The notes beneath the pieces are model-generated. The model ran no database searches, had not been told where the DNA came from, and worked only from the letters and a program-made list of their open reading frames with translations. Below, one piece after another: positions 61,919 to 64,000 of a DNA stretch of 64,000 bases. Each line of letters starts with the position of its first letter. Within the stretch, counting starts at the first letter, position 1. The stretch comes from Vicugna vicugna (lineage: Eukaryota), in contig MU057865.1 in the NCBI GenBank assembly GCA_013265495.1, positions 1-64,000 of the forward strand, in the 5' to 3' direction. The position numbers were made by a program, and so were the translations under genes.

Positions 61919-63189
61919 GAATCAACATACCCATAGAACACAGCACCTGATAGTCTGCCCACAGTGCTTTGGGGTAAGTATTAATCAGCTCAGAATATAG
62001 CAGGACTAATTGCTTTGCAATTTTAGAAAGTAAGACAAACAAACACTGCTAGGAAAGGTACATGTCAGTCATTAACATCTTAGTGTGAATTAATTTAAAC
62101 AAAGAGAAATAGGCACCTATAAAATGGTGTGAAGAAAGGGAGAAAGAGTTATAGAAATGAGGCTGATGGAAACAGTTGCCGATATATTTTACCAAGGACG
62201 TGGCTTGGCTAAAGACATATAGGCACTCTTGCCCCCAAAAAACTAACACAACACATGTCTTGCCCTATTGAGCCTATATATTTATTCAGTCTTTATCTAA
62301 AAATCAAAGTCCTTGGTAGCTGGAAAAAAACAACTGTTTACAGTACTGATCATGTGGTCTTTGGCAGGTCTAATTTAACAGCATTTTCTAAAGAGAATAG
62401 AATAATACTGTCTCATTTTCTCCCCTGATTTATTTTAGCATATTCTGACCTACTTCATATTTTTTTTCCTTTGCATTTTTCCTTCCTGCATGTTATGTAA
62501 ACAGGCTACTGAGCTGGAGAAAATAAACCCCATTTGTTTTCCTGTCACCCTCTCTGAAGGATGGCGTGGAAGACCTGAATGCATTCATCGATCACACCTC
62601 CCACTGTCTGCACAAAGCACTCATCCTACAGAAAAACTCATGGGAATCAGGAGGACACAAAAAGAAATTTCAGATGGCCCACCCCATCCCACCATCTTCC
62701 TTAGGACTTTCCACCCCTGCATCCCATCTAGTTCACTCTTAAATAAACTTCGTCTCAAAACATTCATGAGAACACGTCACACTTGTTTAGCTCTGTCCCC
62801 TCCACTATCTGATTCCTGCTCACAGGAGGCAAGCTGGGCTGCCACTGTTCCTTCCAGTGCAGCATAAGTTAAGTGTTGGCCTTTTGGTCAACCAGAACTG
62901 GGACTAGAACCGGGTTTTAAGACCCCTAAATCAGTGGGTTTTTTTCTCCTTATGCGTTTGTCTCGTATTTGGGAATGATCTCTTTCTTCTCATCAGTTGT
63001 CTGGGTGCCACTTCCTGAGAATTTAGACCAGGAAGAGAGAACAGCTGAGAAATCTGGTCAACCAGTTTATGTGAATGCGATAGAGTGACCCAGCGATTTC
63101 CAAGATGCCTTCCAAAGAGAACAAGACTCCTCCTATTAGTTACTTCATTACTTGTTGGGCTTGTAGCTGGTAACCTGTGGCTTATGGTT

Positions 63190-63310
63190 CAGCAGGATTA
63201 GAATCACCTGGGAGCTTCTTAGTAAGGTAGACTTTTGGGCCCCACCCAGACATCCAAAATCATTAAGATGCATACATGATTCACATGCATATTAGCTTGA
63301 AAAACCTTGA
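63190..63310. mobile_element. MER5-type hAT-Charlie remnant
   Basis: attagaatcacctgggagctt...tgggcccacccaga...tgattc...gcatattagcttgaaaaacc. Confidence 0.65.
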
Positions 63311-64000
63311 CCAAGCTGCTCATAAAGATTCTCTCCTTATTGCTCCTAACTATCCTAACGAAATGTTGCTGTGAGGGACCACTTAGTGAACAGGGCAGAT
63401 TCCTCCCACCATGGGCCCTGTTTGGCACCAGGAGAGGTGTCTCAACTTCGTCATTCTAACCAATGAAGGTTGCTGACACCCACGTCCAGATGGACTCTCC
63501 CCAAGAGACATCATGGCATTTCAACAGCACAGTATTTTAATCCTATGGTTTTCAAATCTTCTCTGTCTGCACCTATTTGAGTGTATTCATCCTCATATGA
63601 CTGTCTCGGGCATTTGAACTGTTCCTGGGGCCCAAGCCATGTTTTTGTTAGAGTGTGTGGGATAGTGCTTTTGAAAATATGACTGAGAGCCTCGTGTAAT
63701 TTGTTACAAAGCAAATCACTGGTAAACTCCAATGCATTGTTATTCCTAGTGATAACACAGTTTCAACACATGTCACATCCAGTCACAACCCATTTGTGAG
63801 CCCACCTCCTTAGACATAAAACTACTTTCTCCATCCCAGAGAATGTCAATTACAGCAGCTGGCAGGAGGGAGATTTGGGAAACAGAGGTGCTCATAGCAT
63901 CAATCATAGCCCCTATCTGACTACAGAAAGAATTCAGTTAACTTGTTTACTTAGGTCAAAACCTAAAGAGGGGAGGCTGTCCTTTATCATGTTACAGCAA

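Noticed and set aside
1..64000. The many 60-180 aa ORFs in the six-frame track as host genes
   Set aside because: None resembles a protein family I recognise except L1 ORF2 remnants. Many start at non-ATG codons, overlap repeats, and have lengths expected by chance in mammalian DNA.

Overview
Mammalian (eutherian) non-coding genomic DNA, most likely from a camelid (alpaca/llama/camel). The evidence is five copies of a tRNA-derived SINE matching the Tylopoda Vic-1 type plus young lineage-specific LINE-1 3' ends; I saw no Alu, B1/B2, Bov-tA/BovB or PRE-1. No host protein-coding exon, rRNA, true tRNA or CRISPR array can be supported. The only protein-like ORFs are LINE-1 ORF2 remnants. A large part of the window is layered transposon debris (MIR, L2, old L1M, MLT1, MER2/3/5/58/81, ERV1-type solo LTRs, young L1, SINEs) separated by unique stretches, some motif-rich and CpG-retaining (probable enhancers or an insulator). 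I found no convincing new multi-gene biological system. The best leads are: a SINE-L1 chimeric retrocopy under one TSD (25 kb); an L1 3' transduction (13.5 kb); a nested ~115-nt hairpin in unique DNA (37.6 kb); an ancient MIR turned CpG-rich (6.3 kb); a CTCF/E-box/palindrome module next to a G4-forming minisatellite (40.3-40.9 kb); an inverted, rearranged L1 (11.5-12.5 kb); and a 265-bp tandem duplication (33.5 kb). Repeat subfamily names come from recalled consensus similarity, not a database search. Boundaries of old repeats are approximate.
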